Positions 37,658 to 51,239 of a DNA stretch of 64,000 bases are shown piece by piece (position 1 is the stretch's first letter; every line of letters begins with the position of its first letter). The DNA comes from Microthyrium microscopicum (Eukaryota). The notes beneath the pieces are model-generated. The model was not told the DNA's origin. It saw only the letters and a list, made by a program, of their open reading frames with translations, and ran no database searches. Location of the stretch: positions 1,254,538 to 1,318,537 of the forward strand of contig MU004235.1 of the NCBI GenBank assembly GCA_010405405.1. Reading direction: 5' to 3'. The position numbers and the translations under genes are program-made.

Positions 37658-39200
37658 GGGTCTAGATAAGACGAAATATGCGGAGTGCTGATAACGGTGA
37701 CAGGGCTGTAAACAATGCAAGACGCGTCAAGATGCAGTGGGTATATAGTGAAATCGAAATGTACAAGAAGGAAGGTGAAAATTCAGTCAAGAAGGAGGAG
37801 GTGAAGGAAAAAAGTAGGCTTGAGGAGAATGATATCAGTATCTCTGTGTCGACGGTTGTAGTCTGTAGACGAGGAAGGGATGTTGGAGCTAGTGTGTTAA
37901 TCCTGGCAGGAACCGTCGCCAGCCGTCTCTGAGGCGGGGCTACAAGCAGGGATTCTACGCCGTTTACAATCTTGATTATGGAGCTACAATATGGATGATT
38001 GATATCTAATGATTTGGAGTTCTGTTGGCTCGCTACAATGGTTTCCAGCAGTTCACCAACATCAAAAGCACGATATCTCCAAGATTTGCTATACAACGGA
38101 CACACCATTTTGCATAACTAAAGCCACGCTATGTACCCACAATGAAGCTAGAAGGGATCTGTCACTTGACACTGGCGTGAAAATCATCTTAAGCAGAAAA
38201 TTCAAGCAGAACACGAGTGCAGAAGTTCGCAGATTTGCGCTTGTCCCTTCTCGGCTAGCGTAGAGCATGGCGTTGATCCCTGTCTAGAACGTGGATTTAG
38301 TCTCCATCTCGCCTAGCCTTCAAATGTTGCATTGCTCAACTTCCACGCCTTTTCATGTTTCCCAACTTCATTTTCTTTTGACCTCCACATGCTATTTTCT
38401 GAAAAGTTCTAGAGACCGGCCTTGAGCATTGGCAACGCTCAGCTTGAACAAAAGTCATGGAGAAATATGTACAGTTTAGGAGGCTATGGCATGGGTAGTG
38501 CTTTTAACCGACATGTTTGTAAGACGTTTAGTCCAAGTCAAGAATACCTCGACTCTCCAGAAACAAAGCAAGTCAGCCGTTTGGACGTAGTTCCCATCGA
38601 TTAAGATGGCTGTCAGAATACTTCCTATAGAGTGGCTGCTTGAATTCCCATCCACGTCATGGAACTGAGATTGAAAAATTGACTACGATGGTAGTTCAAG
38701 TAGTTGCTCTTCAAGGAGTATTATGGAAGCCAACGTAATAGGTGAAAATAGTCGTCGAAACGGCTCACTTGTTTTGTCCCCGAAGAGCTTGAGTATGAGG
38801 CCAAAAACGTAAGTACTCATTTTGTGTAACTATCCACAGAGGCTCGGTCGGAATTGCCAGGGACTTATGATCAATTTCGCTGCAAGAGCCTTCAATCGCA
38901 ATGCCACCTTCCAACCTTGGCGCCTCTTACCAGGAGTTTTCTTCCCAGTGCCTGCTGAACTAGTGGAGAAGTCCAAGACTCTTTTGTTGTTGTTGTTGTT
39001 CATGGATCAGATGCTCTACTTTGCATCCATTTCATCAACCATCCATTTCTTCACCCATCCAGCTCTTCAGATATTTATCTCCTTAGCCACCCACTTTTTG
39101 ATCGTTAATATCGTCTGCTTAAAGACATCCTGTATCACCCAATTGTGAAATCATTTGATTCAAGTCTCACCATTAAACAGCTCGGCTACTTTCCATCACA

Positions 39201-40225
39201 ATGCAGTCAAGGGAACGAACGGCACTCATGGTTTCCACAAGCAATGCTGCATTTGAGAACCGAATCAGAAAACGGCTGTTCGAGATAAAAACAAACATCG
39301 TCAGGGTGGACCTCCTTCACCATACCGAGCCCAAAGTCGACGACCACTTCTCCGGCCTCCTCAACGACAACAATCCCGACAAGTCCAACAATGACAAGCC
39401 CAACAATGACAAGCTCGACAGCGATGCCACGCACTATGTCAATATGTGGGATGCCATTATGAAAAAATGGCTCAGTATCGACCTAATCACGAAAGACTCA
39501 TCTAGAGTTGCCGCGAGAAAGCTCTTCGAAACCTTGGAAAGACTAGATACATAGTTGCGTCCTGGTAAGTTGTGGAAGAGCCAACACAATAAATGCGTAA
39601 GCTGACGGATGTGCCAAAACAAGTCCCAGAAGAAGGCAAAGAGGTTAAGTGGAATCGAGACGACAAGATTACAGATGAAGCAGCCCAAAATCGTTTTCAA
39701 TGCTTCGAATCGAAGTGGAAGGTACTCGAAGAAAACATGCAGTACATTGACAAACTCGTTGATGAGGTTAGAATATGCGAATTTGGCGCTTTAACCCATG
39801 CGAAGGCCGCGGTTCCAGAACCAGAGGCGGAGACCGCAGTTCCGAATCCACCTGCGTCTATCAAGTCCAAGCATCCTCCGGCAGAGGATGATGCTGAAGG
39901 CGAAAATGATGAGGAAACGTCGGAGTCCTTCAAGTCAACAAAGGCCAAGCGTTCCACTCCCCAGGTTACAAACCAGCCCGTCTCACAAAAAGATGACGAA
40001 GACGAAAATGATGGGAAAACATCCAAGGTGTTCAAGTCAAAAAGAGCCAAGCCAGGGCCCAAAGGACAGCCCAAAGCCGACAAATGCGCACACTGTCTCA
40101 ATCAAGAGTACTTCTGTGACCGAAACTTATCAAGCAATGACTCGAATGTCCCGTGCTCAAAGTGTCGCAGGTGGAACAAAGTATGTCGAACACAAGAAGA
40201 ACACGAACATCGCAAGAGGAAGTAA
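39201..40225 (+). pseudogene. Gene with a C-terminal Zn(II)2Cys6 cluster, interrupted by an in-frame TAG (39552-39554)
   Basis: CAHC-x6-C-x12-CSKC-x6-C at 40085-40186; intron 39565-39623 joins both ORFs in frame except for one TAG. Confidence 0.55.
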
Positions 40226-40842
40226 GAGATATTTGCTGTTCGGCAGCCGGCTGGTGGAGACGAGTATTGGGCCGACTATAACGCATCGGCGTCGTTCACG
40301 ATGCAGGATTGAGACTATTCCGCGGTGTAATGTAGAGTAGGGTTTGTTTCTGGTATTGATTGGGGTCCTGCGGGTCTATCATTAAAGTTTACTCCGTCTG
40401 CAACCCTTGCCTGTGTAACATTGATTCTTAGGTAGAAAGCACAAGAGCAATAAGCACATCGTTCTATTCCATGTTGCTCGCTAGACGAAATCTGCTTGCT
40501 AAAGTGCTCCAGAATGTTGATAAAGTCTGGGGGAAAAGGGGTAAATCCTCAACCAAAAAGCCCCTGAGTCGTGGCAGTGCTCCTGTGGCTCAACACGTCC
40601 TGCGCCACCTGACTTCATCCACTCCTACAATTTTGTAGAGAAAGCTGAATTCTCAAAACTAAATCGTTTTCACCTCTTGTTCCACGACAGATAGCCACCC
40701 AATATTCCGTCCTTGCCTTAGCCTTCCCACTACAAATCTAAAAGAGGAACTGCTCTTGACCCCCCGTAATCACGCAGTTGCGCAGTCAGAGCACCAGAAT
40801 CAATACAAACTCAATCACAACTCCCCGCGTGCACGGAAGACA

Positions 40843-41406
40843 ATGCGCCAACAACCCAACATCGTCATAACAGGCACCCCCGGCGTAGGAAAATCTACCC
40901 ACGCCGAAGCTGTCGCCGCCCGGACAAACCTAACCCACCTCACCATCAACGATTTCGCGCGCGAACGCGGCTGCCTAGACGGTCACGACAACCGACTCAA
41001 CAGCGCCATCGTTGACGATGACCGTCTACTCGATGCGCTGACCGCCGAGGGTGTCAAAGAAAAGGGTGGCTACATCATCGATTGGCACGCGTGTGACCTC
41101 TACCCTGAGAGTTGGATAGACTTGGTGGTGGTGGTGAGAGCGGATGTGGAGGTGTTGCAAAAACGGCTGGTGGGGAGAGGGTACGAGGGGGAGAAGTTGC
41201 AGGAGAATATTGATTCTGAGTTCTTCCAGGTGCTATTGGAGGAGGCGAGGGAGAGTTATGAGGAGGAGATTGTTGTTGAGTTGAAGAGTGATGAGACTGG
41301 GGATTTGGATGCGAATGTTGAGAGAATTGTGAGTTGGGTGGAGACGTGGCGGACAAATCGAGCGAGCGAGAATGAAGACGACGACATTGAGACAGGCGCT
41401 ACTTGA
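40843..41406 (+). CDS. FAP7: Adenylate kinase 6 / Fap7 (hCINAP) family ATPase
   Basis: ITGTPGVGKST P-loop, IIDWH motif, KLQENIDSE. Confidence 0.92.
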   Translation: MRQQPNIVITGTPGVGKSTHAEAVAARTNLTHLTINDFARERGCLDGHDNRLNSAIVDDDRLLDALTAEGVKEKGGYIIDWHACDLYPESWIDLVVVVRADVEVLQKRLVGRGYEGEKLQENIDSEFFQVLLEEARESYEEEIVVELKSDETGDLDANVERIVSWVETWRTNRASENEDDDIETGAT

Positions 41407-42035
41407 GTAGGGCTCTGGGCTGAAGAAAAGATATACATCAGCACTACCCAAACACAGGAGCCATGGCATGACCACTCGGCGCGAACTATTAAGAGGCTAC
41501 AGCTTCAAACTTGGGCGTTCAGGTTTGAATGAATGTTATTGCATCCGGCCTGGAATCGGGCAGAGAATTCCCAAGAAGTCGTGGCAAAAGTTTTTGAATT
41601 GGATTTGACAATCGACAAAGCTTTCAAAGCCAGGATCAGATATACGTCATATCTCCATTGCTTTGGGAAGCAGCTTCTTTTGTAGGTTATTACTTGTTTG
41701 ACCTTCGAGCTCCTGGACGAACCGGTGCTTGAGCTCAGAGAAAAGCAAATATCTGTTCTCTCCCAGTTCCTATCACCACCCCGCTTATGCACACTTATGC
41801 ACGGGCCTTTTGGTGTTGAGGCTGTGTTTTCACAGCCTCAAAAACGCTGGCAGATTTCTACAAATACAGCGATCGCTAGGTACTCTTACTTAAATCTTCT
41901 AAAGGCTGGTAGCATTTTTCTTAACAGATTTTCTGTCTGGAACTGTATAGACTGGAGCACTGTCATTGTATCTCTGTAGTTCTTGAAGCTTTCAACGAAA
42001 CTTCATTGTGCGTCATAGGCAGCTAGAAGTAAGAG

Positions 42036-44809
42036 ATGGATCCCATCACCATTACGACCACGGTGGTAAGTTGATCATGGATCTTCGAGACAAATTGACA
42101 ATAGTGGCTGATAACTTTCAAGGTCAAACTGACTGCTTCTTGCCTTTCCACGGCGAAAGCATTGAATACGTTGAGGAATCAGTTCAATGATGCTCCAATG
42201 ACCATTGTGTCCATCTGCTCGGAAACGACAGTGATAGCGGCCTCTCTCTCACAAATACAGTCTCTCGTGCTCACGAGGGACAATATTAGCTCCATACTAC
42301 GACAACGTCCCGAGTTTGCATCTGCGTTAGACACAGCTCTGGTTGGATGTATGGTCCTTTTTAGCTGTTTGGACGAAGAAGTTCGCCGATTATCGCGAAG
42401 TACTTCGCCAGCAGCTCGAGCCATCACATTCGGATTTCGAGACAAAGTCAGAGCTCTGTGGAACAATGACAGGCTCAAGGAACTTCTTGATGCTTTGAGA
42501 GGCCAGCAAACTTCAATCACCTTGTTGATACAACTGCTTCACACAGAGTCCCTTGCCAGTATAACCCAGCTTCTCAACTCTAACCAACCAACTCTGTCCA
42601 AAAATGTTGAACGGACTCAATCTTTACGGAGATCAATACCTGGTGTAAGGATCCCGGAATCGATCTACTCTGCCGAAGATGAGGATGTTCCTAGCGTATA
42701 TTCTTATGATCCCACTGGAGACGCCTCGTCCGCCATAGAGTTCGAGTTCGATGACATGATCATCAACAGTCAAGTTTACCGAAAAGTCGTAGCGGCTGCC
42801 ATGTCAAGGACTCCCTCTCGGCCTACGGAAGAAATTGAAGGAGATTTGATTGATCTTTCTGATGCAGCTACTATCAAGGCGGGTCACGAAGATGACAGCT
42901 TAACCGGCGAAGCAAGTCGTGAGCTGGCTACCTTGATGCTTTCTGAGACCAGGACCACCGTAGTGGTCGAAGAACCAAGTGCGGAGCCGATATTGGATCC
43001 CACTGCAGAGGATTCTGAGTCCCAGACAAGACACGCGCCAGTCGCTGAGAAACTTCCGGATGATACAGCGTCTTCGACCGTGTCAGATATGCAAGCACAT
43101 TCGCAAGCATCGGAGAATGCTATGACTTCTGCAAGATCTAAAAAGTCTATGCCTGTGAGCCCAAAGCCTCGTTCGGAGAAAAGTTGTCACAAATGCGGTG
43201 AGCCTCTTTACGGCCAGTTTGTGCGTGCATTGAACACCATCTACCATCTCGACTGCTTCACATGCTCAGTAAGTTGAAAAGCGGTGATTTGTCTTTCTTT
43301 TACTCACGCTAGACGCAGGATTGTGGGAAGAACGTAGCAAGTAGCTTCTTCCCTCTGGAGGGCCAAGAAGACAAAGTTGGCGGTGTAGTTCTTTGCGAAA
43401 CCGATTACTTTAAGCGTCTGGACTTGGTCTGTGCTACATGCGGTGGGGCTTTGCGTGGAAGCTATATCACTGCTCTTGATCAAAAGTACCACCTAGAACA
43501 TTTTGTCTGCCAGATCGATACGTGTGTCAAGGTTTTCGGCGAGGACGAAAGCTACTATCAACATGAAGGTCATGTCTACTGTCGAGCACACTATGCCTAT
43601 CTATTCAGCGAGGATTGCTTCGGCTGTAAAATGCCGATTTTGAAGCAGTTCGTCGAAGGAAAAAGGGGTGGCAAAGATGTGCAGTGGCATCCTGAGTGCT
43701 ATATGATACAAAAGTATTGGGGAGTTGATGTGGCAACTTCTCTTGCGGCGAAAAAGGATTCCAATGGTACCATTTCCTGGAAAAACTCGAAAGACCAGGT
43801 GATAGGCCCAGACGCCTTGGACCAGTTACTCGATCCTATGGATGACCTCACCAACAAGCTATGGAAGCACTTTTCTGCTTTGGAAGAGTCAGTCGCAGAA
43901 AACTTATCCAGTATGGTAACGCAAATATCGCAGGGTAAGGCTACTGAAGTGCTGCTGCCCGCGTCAAAACTACTCTTTGATCTACAAACGATTTTCGGAG
44001 CAATCTCTGCGGTATCAGACGACTTAATCAAAGGTAGAGAAGGTGGTTGGTATTCCCTTTTCCATCACGAGAGCTCTTCAATAACTTCAATAGATATATA
44101 TTCCTCCAATAGGTATCCCGAAAAGGATGCAGTGCTTCTCCATGCTCACATGGCACGACTTTTAGATTCTGGCGCGATGAAGAAGTATCGATCTTCAAAG
44201 AAGGCCAAGAAAGAACTCTCAGATTTCCTGGCTGTGACATGTGCTCCGATCAAAAATCTCATCAAATTCCTCCTCAATGAAGCCACGCGAGGACTATCCA
44301 TTCCAGCTTTGCTAAGCTATATGGACCAGCGCTCATCTGTATCACTCACGAGCGATTACGACCAATACGTCCCTCGTCCCTTCGCATTGTCATACAGGTG
44401 TAGAGGATGTGCACAGGACATCACTGACAGCTGCTTCCACCTCACAGATTTTGGGTTCGATGGTCGACGAATGAACCAGCCAGCCGTACACTCCCGCTGC
44501 CTTCAATGTCACCAATGCAAACGATCTGGGGGGTTTGAAATCGGGCTGTCGGAATTGAGCCGCAGCATGACTAGCAGCAAATATTGGGATGGTCCCACAA
44601 GCTGCCACTTCTGTAAAGCTGGGTTGGTTTCGAACTACAAGTTTGTATCGAAAGACAGGCAGTTGTTGTTTAGTCTGTGGAATATACTGTGCATCTTTGC
44701 GCAAGGACTTCAGCTACGGAAGGTCATTAGCACTGGCTCGGCCAGTCATGATGGCGTACCCGTCGCGCGGGATGCCGTCTCAATGATCAACGACAAAACA
44801 TCTCGGTGA
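42036..44809 (+). CDS. HeLo-like/fungal N-terminal helical domain fused to Lrg1-type LIM domains, no RhoGAP domain
   Basis: MDPITITTTV|VKLTASC start; FEFDDMIINSQVYRKV; CHKC..GQFVRAL..YHLDCFTC, CATCGGALRGSYITALDQKYHLEHF, PILKQFVE..WHPECY; introns 42066-42122 and 43269-43318. Confidence 0.75.
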
Positions 44810-45323
44810 TCAGGCTCACTAATTTGGCCTGTCAAAGTATTAGAGTATCACAATACCTCTTCCTGATCTGTGGACTGTATCAGCAATGCTAAGAAGGATA
44901 ATGCAATATTTCCCATGTGATGGACATATTGTTGATGGTGGCCAAGGCAGCTCATTCATATCCGTCGCAACCTGTCGCTGAAGAGTCAGACGACAGTTCT
45001 ATGGACGGGTATAAAGAATGGCTTGCTTTCTGTCTAGCCTCAGGGTTGACAGGAGCTTGAAACCCCCCGAGCCCTCAAAATAACATCTCAAGGGATCTTG
45101 CCCTTTTCTATATTTATATATGTACTTTTAATAACCCCGCTGAAACAAAACATAATCAGTTCATCAATTTCATGGACAATGCCTATGTAGGTGGTCAAGG
45201 AGTGCAATAGCCTCTTTTTGGTGCGCTAGGTTCTACAAATTCAATGCCAATAAAGCCTTCCAAGGATGCCCTTTAGAATTGATGCTGTGAGTGAGAAGCA
45301 TCGAACCTGAAAGCAAATGAACT

Positions 45324-46705
45324 ATGCTTATTGAATTCATTCTCCTCAGCCTGTTTAAAATATTTTCAGTAATTGCTACACCTGACGGTCTACTCCAAAA
45401 AGGAGCGTTTACCGTACAGCAACAGACCTCACGACGAACTTCACGATGGAGTGTTCCATCTTCAATATACCGAACATATAGAAAGCATGGGCTTGAAATA
45501 CCACCTGATGTCAAAAGTGCTATGGCAAGACAATCCTCAACAACTTCTTCATCGGTCACGGCAAAATCGGTAAGACAAAACTCCGTCAGACAGGTTGACT
45601 GCACTTTCTTCGAAATGCTCACCAGAAATTGACCTTTCTTATAATATAAAGTAGACGATGTATACTCACAAGCTCAGGTTCTGGATGATACCGAATACGT
45701 TATCAAAGTGAAGGTTGGCGAGCAAAACTTGACGCTCAACCTTGATACTGGCTCTGCTGATCTGTAAGATTTCCTTGCTCTTCCTGAAGAATGTTCAATA
45801 ACAGTATTAGCTGGGTTTTCTCAACCCTGTTGCCAAAGTCATTGACTGGAAAACGTACAGCTGCCCAAATATATGATCCGAAGTCTTCTGGCGGCAAAAT
45901 CATGTCCGGCGAATCCTGGGATTTGAGTTACCAAGACGGGACTGGGGCGAAAGGTCAAGTTTACCAAGACAAAGTCACCATTGGTGATCATCTCACAGTC
46001 CCAAATCAAGCAGTTGAGGCGGCAAGCTGGGTATCCGAAGGGTTTGCTTCGTCTGATGATGCCGACGGGTTAATAGGACTAGCATTTTCCGACCAGAACG
46101 GCATTCTTCCAAACATTCAAAAGACATGGTTCGACAACGTTCGTGGATCTTTAGCCCATCCTTCTTTTGCTGCTGCCATCAAACGCCGTCAGCCAGGCTC
46201 CTATGATTTCGGACACATTGATGCAAGCAAGTTCTCCGGTAGTCTTGCATGGACGCCTGTAGTTCGCAGTGGCTACTGGGACTTTGATGCGACCGACTTT
46301 TCTTTTGGTAACACACCATACAAGAACATCACCCGAGTTCAAGCATCAATTGATACTGGGTCTGGACTGTGGTATCTTCCACGTCCAATGGCCGAGACCT
46401 ATTGGAAGCAAATTAAAGACGCGAAATACTCACCTCATGAAGCAGCATGGACATTCCCTTGCAGCTCATCTCTGCCGGACATATCGATGAAGATTAGTGG
46501 CAAGAGATTGGTTGTGCCAGGAATCAATATGAACTATCAGCAAGCTTCTGTAGGAGGCAACACGTGCATAGGTGGATTACAACCTGATACACAATCAAGC
46601 ATGACAAGTTATATCTTTGGTGATGTGTTCATCAAGGGCATGTATGTTGTGTTTGAGCATCCTGTCGGGGGTAAGCCACGACTTGGATTTGCACAACAAA
46701 AGTAG
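45324..46705 (+). CDS. Secreted pepsin-like aspartic protease (family A1, aspergillopepsin-like)
   Basis: Hydrophobic N-terminus; two catalytic motifs LDTGSADL and IDTGSGL; IFGDVFIK. Confidence 0.9.
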
Positions 46706-46856
46706 ACCTACTTATCAGAATCGATCTAAAGCTCAACCTCAATCTTGTGGGTGAGGCTGTTCATGGGAGCTCGTGAAGTATTTCTTTTCTGGGCCAGAGG
46801 CTCAGTTATTTCTGTCATATCCGATTGGTATGAGTGCGATACCCCACACTTTATAT

Positions 46857-47935
46857 CTATTCTAGCACGTACTTGATTCCAGCAATGAGCTTATCGTGGT
46901 ATTCCTTCTGGGCATCTTTCAGGCAAGGCGCAGGAAACGTCCAGTAATAATGTGGATAACCCTTGAACTCATCGAACTTCACCTCTCCTCCATTGGCTTT
47001 GATTTCATCTATCATCAATCTCGCATCGTCCCGCAGAGTGTCTTGCCCGCAGTAAGTAATATATGTGCGTGGAAGCTCAGCCAACCTATCGTGAAGCAAT
47101 GGGTTTGCATATTTGTCTTTTGCAGGAGAGCCATAAGCATCTGTTATAGGAAGTCATCAGCCAGTTGTGAGACGGTCAGACTGAATGATTCTTACCCCAA
47201 AAAGCGCGCATGGCACTGTTAGTATTGACGGTATGTTCGGCGTGCTCATCATAAGACGTATACTTGCTTCGCCACTTTTCTGGCACAGCATCGGGATGAA
47301 TAAGGCAAGGTACTTCGCCAACGATTCCGACAACTTCATCTTTTCGTCCGTCATCGATAAGTCTTAGAGCAAGACCAAAGGAAGATCCACCTCCAGCTGA
47401 TGCACCGGCAATGAAAGCCTTTCCAGGGGTTCCTCCAAGACTTTCCGAGTTCTTCACGGTCCAAGTGAAGGCATTCAGGCAGTCATCCAAGCCGGCAGGG
47501 TATTTGGCTACGGTCGACAGTCGATAGTCAACAGCGACCACTACAACTTGGGCCCGTTTGCAGATAACTCTACAGTCGGGATCATCTGCTTCGAGGTCGC
47601 CCATCGCCCAGCCTCCGCCATGGATATAAAAACATATGGGATTGCTTCCCTTTTTATGGTTTGGCGGAGTATAGATGCGGACTTTTAATCCTCCTTCAAT
47701 CTCCCGATTTTCTACCTCGACTTGTTCCGGAGTTGGCCATGTTGTTATGTTCGCCATCAACAATTGTCCAAGATTATCCCAGTCTTTAAAACAATTTTCA
47801 ACGGTTGGGCCATGTAGGAGAGGTCTTGCACCAAGGAACTTTTCGAACTTCCCAAAATGTTAGCACCATAATTCCCTCATTGCTCCAATCTTACCATACC
47901 TCAACCCATGGGGCTGCAAAGCCCTCTGCTGCCAT
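46857..47935 (-). CDS. Hormone-sensitive-lipase family esterase (alpha/beta hydrolase fold 3)
   Basis: HGGGW oxyanion motif, GASAG nucleophile, DTLRDD, GYPHY. Confidence 0.9.
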
Positions 47936-48199
47936 GTTCAGTTTTTAAAGATGCGAAACTGGGCAACTGCCGTATTGCCAACGTAGCCTCGCGACATTTC
48001 ATATATGCCGAGTTCCAGACTAGAGGTCGGGAACTCCATCATTTCAAACTCCAGCAATGACCAGTGAACCGTGAGATAATCCACAGATATAAATTATGAT
48101 TGGCTACAATCGGCTAGTTTTAGCCTTTGCCTCAGCTTTCTTAGTGTTGCGGGTGAGCTCTGCATGTCTGGGGTTAGCTGCGGAGAATGTCTTCCCACT

Positions 48200-48205
48200 C
48201 CTCGG
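48200..48205. promoter_or_regulatory. CCTCGG (FarA/FarB-type core site) in the divergent esterase/ACAD promoter
   Basis: Exact hexamer; could be chance. Confidence 0.3.
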
Positions 48206-48322
48206 CCTACCAGTAGCTTCACGGTTAATTCTACAACACAAAGGTTTGGATTTGCGCTGCTTCAAGCAATATAACCTAGAGCTTTGAAGAAACAATCACT
48301 CTTTTGCCAAAATAAACCAAAC

Positions 48323-49718
48323 ATGGATCGAAATCACCCAGCATTTGCACGACTTCCACCATGGGTCCAGTCCAAGATACGACCTCAAGCAGTTGAGACA
48401 ATCAAGAAAGTTTGGGATTGGGTGGAAACAGAATGTGTTCCTGCTGAGCCAATTATGAAAGCTCAACTAGCCAATGATCGATGGAAAACACCGCAATTGA
48501 TGCACGATTTGCGAGCGAAAGCAAAGGCAGCCGGTTTATTCAATTTATTTCTCCCAAACCATTTCAAAGAAAGTCCTGGTCTCACCAATCTTGAATATGG
48601 TTGCTGTGCAGAAATCATGGGACGCTGCTATTGGGCTGCCCAGGTTGGTTCATTCTTCGTACTGAGATTCATTTACTAACAAGTCAAAGACTATGAACTG
48701 CCAAGCGCCAGAGACAGGAAACATCGAGCTGCTCGCCAAATTCTGTACCGACGAACAAAAAGCGAAATGGTTGAAGCCATGTATGGAAGGAACAATGTCT
48801 TCGGCTTACAGTATGACTGAGCCTGATCGCGCTTCTTCTGATGCCACCAATATTGGATGCCGCATGGAGATCACTGACACCGAAGTCATTATCAATGGTC
48901 GCAAACTTTATGGCAATGCCCAATGGAATGAAGACTTGGGAATTTATATCCTCATGGGATGTTCCGACCCAAACAATCCCAATCCATGGAACCGTCATAC
49001 AACTGTTGTCGTTCCTGCCAGAGCTCCTGGCCTCACCATGAAGAGAAACATCACCATCATGGGATACGACCACGCCCCTGAAGGCCACGGCGAATACGTA
49101 TATGAAAACGTCAGAGTGCCCAAGGAAAACATCATTCTTGGTCCTGGCCGTGCCTTCGAAATCGCGCAGGGCAGACTTGGACCTGGACGAATTCATCATG
49201 CCATGCGCCTCATTGGACAAACAGAGAGAGCTTACGAGCTGGCTTTGATCAGATGCACCGACCCAATCAAGAAGCCCCGAGGCAAGTTGATCGGTGAGTT
49301 CGATAGCAATATTGAACGCATCGCAACCATGCGATTAGAGCTTGACAGTATGCGACAAGTTGTCCTTAACGCAGCCGATACTATGGATTTGTATGGTGGC
49401 AAAGCCGCCAAATATGTCATCGCACAAAGCAAGATCTTGATCCCGAAGATGGCAGAAGAAATTATCAATGAATGTATGCAAATGTTTGGTGGACAAGGTT
49501 TGACACAGCACACAGCATTGCCAGAGATGTGGACTTATGCTCGATTTGTTCGTGTTGCAGACGGTCCTGATTCTGCTCATAAGCATCAGGTTGGAAGAGA
49601 TCAGATCAAGACAGCTCCAAACATTCGGGAGAGGCACAAGAAGTATCAGCAGATCCACAAGCAATTGTGCGAGACTCATGGTGTGGAGTATGTTCCATAT
49701 GGAGCAATAGATTATTAA
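48323..49718 (+). CDS. Acyl-CoA dehydrogenase, ACAD10/ACAD11 (LvaC)-type, 2 exons
   Basis: GLTNLEY, NCQAPETGNIE, MTEP..ASSDATNI, AQGRLGPGRIHHAMR, RVADGPD. Confidence 0.92.
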
Positions 49719-49806
49719 ACACTGTCTACGTTGGACAATACGAGTTTGTAGTATGTAGCATTAGGCGTTTATGGAGAGCAATTTCATTCATTTTCATCGA
49801 CTCTGA

Positions 49807-51239
49807 TCAGAACTGAGGTATAATGCCGGCCGACTTGAATCGGTCAAATGCCGTGTACCAAGCATCCTTAAAAGTTGTGCTGAGCTGTTCCTTATCTGAC
49901 CAGACTTCATTGAACTTTGACATGTCTAGATGCCGATCAAAGTTGAACATGGTCATGATAAAATATGGGAAACCCCCAAACGTCCTCTGGTTGCCCACAC
50001 GGCCCTTGACCAACTTGTATTTTTCTTCAACCTTTTGCCATTCAGAAGCATTTTCCTCCAGATATTGGGTGGGTTGCGGCCCAGATCCACCAGCGGGTGG
50101 TGCTACTCCTTTCAATCCAAAATACGAGCAAATCACTGGCCATTTTTCTGACCATGAACTAGGTTCGCTGACCGCAGTGTTGAAGCGCTGTCCGTCACCA
50201 CATTTCTTAGGATTGAGGGATGCGTAGATACTGAAACAAGCAATCTGGTCTTGAGGACTATCATTGCTTAGAATCTTCCAAGATTCAGAAGTTCCTGGGA
50301 AAGCCACTTCCGCATCTTTTCCATTATGGTAGCGGTAAAGCGAGAGATATAGACCTATGTCGTTGTTAGAACTCGCACATATCGCTCACACTGCCTCCTA
50401 GTCTTACCAAGAATCTGAGGTAGGCAATAGATGTTGTTATTTGGGACAAACCCAATGATGACATCCGGACTGAATCCGTTAGAATGTTAAGCATTAAATG
50501 AGCAAATTTCTTACATGACCTCGCACCAGGACCAGCTCTTGCCTTTCGATGCTTTGGTGAGATAGTCGAGTTGGTCGTAGTAGAACATTTCCGATGCGTA
50601 TGGTTCAGGGATGCGCGGGAGGCTTTCTGCCATTGGCAATTGTTCTGGAAAAGGAAATTTTTCAATGAGGTGAACCCCGTATGCCTGGAAGTATTGTTAG
50701 TTCTCTTCTGCTTCAAGAATGATCTTGATACTTACCTTGGTGCCAGTTGGAAGGACTACAAAGGTCAAGTTTTTTGACAAATTCTCAATGGTTTTCACAG
50801 CTCTATCTATGAGAGTTACGTTGATCTCGCATTCTTTCTGCCAAATGTCAGACACAACAATTCACGGGACGACCAGTTTTGCATGCCTTGGGGTCGGGAT
50901 CCATCACATATGCTTTTCTTGTTAGCTTTTTGTCTCCATTCTTGAAAATGGTTTCTTACCGAAGAAAAACACATGCGACACTGTGTCAATATCCTTGACT
51001 TTCTCCTTAAGGTCCTTTTCAAGTCCTGCCTGTCCACCATCGTGCATCAAATTTGCGGTGGTCAACAACAACTTGTCGCTTTTGGGCCATAGCGTTTCTT
51101 CATGCTTCAATGGTCGGTTTGTTAGAGCTGTGATCCTGGAGAAGTCATTTGGCGAAGGATAGCCTTTCAAAAGCTGGTTGACAATTGCCCATCCTGTAAT
51201 GCCGCTTGCACCAAATATCAAGGCGTGGTTTCCGGTCAT
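49807..51239 (-). CDS. Second SirQ-like / PRISE-family reductase, multi-exon
   Basis: IFGASGITGW, MFYYDQLD, FNFDRHLDMSK; clearly homologous to the 17278-18521 gene. Confidence 0.85.
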
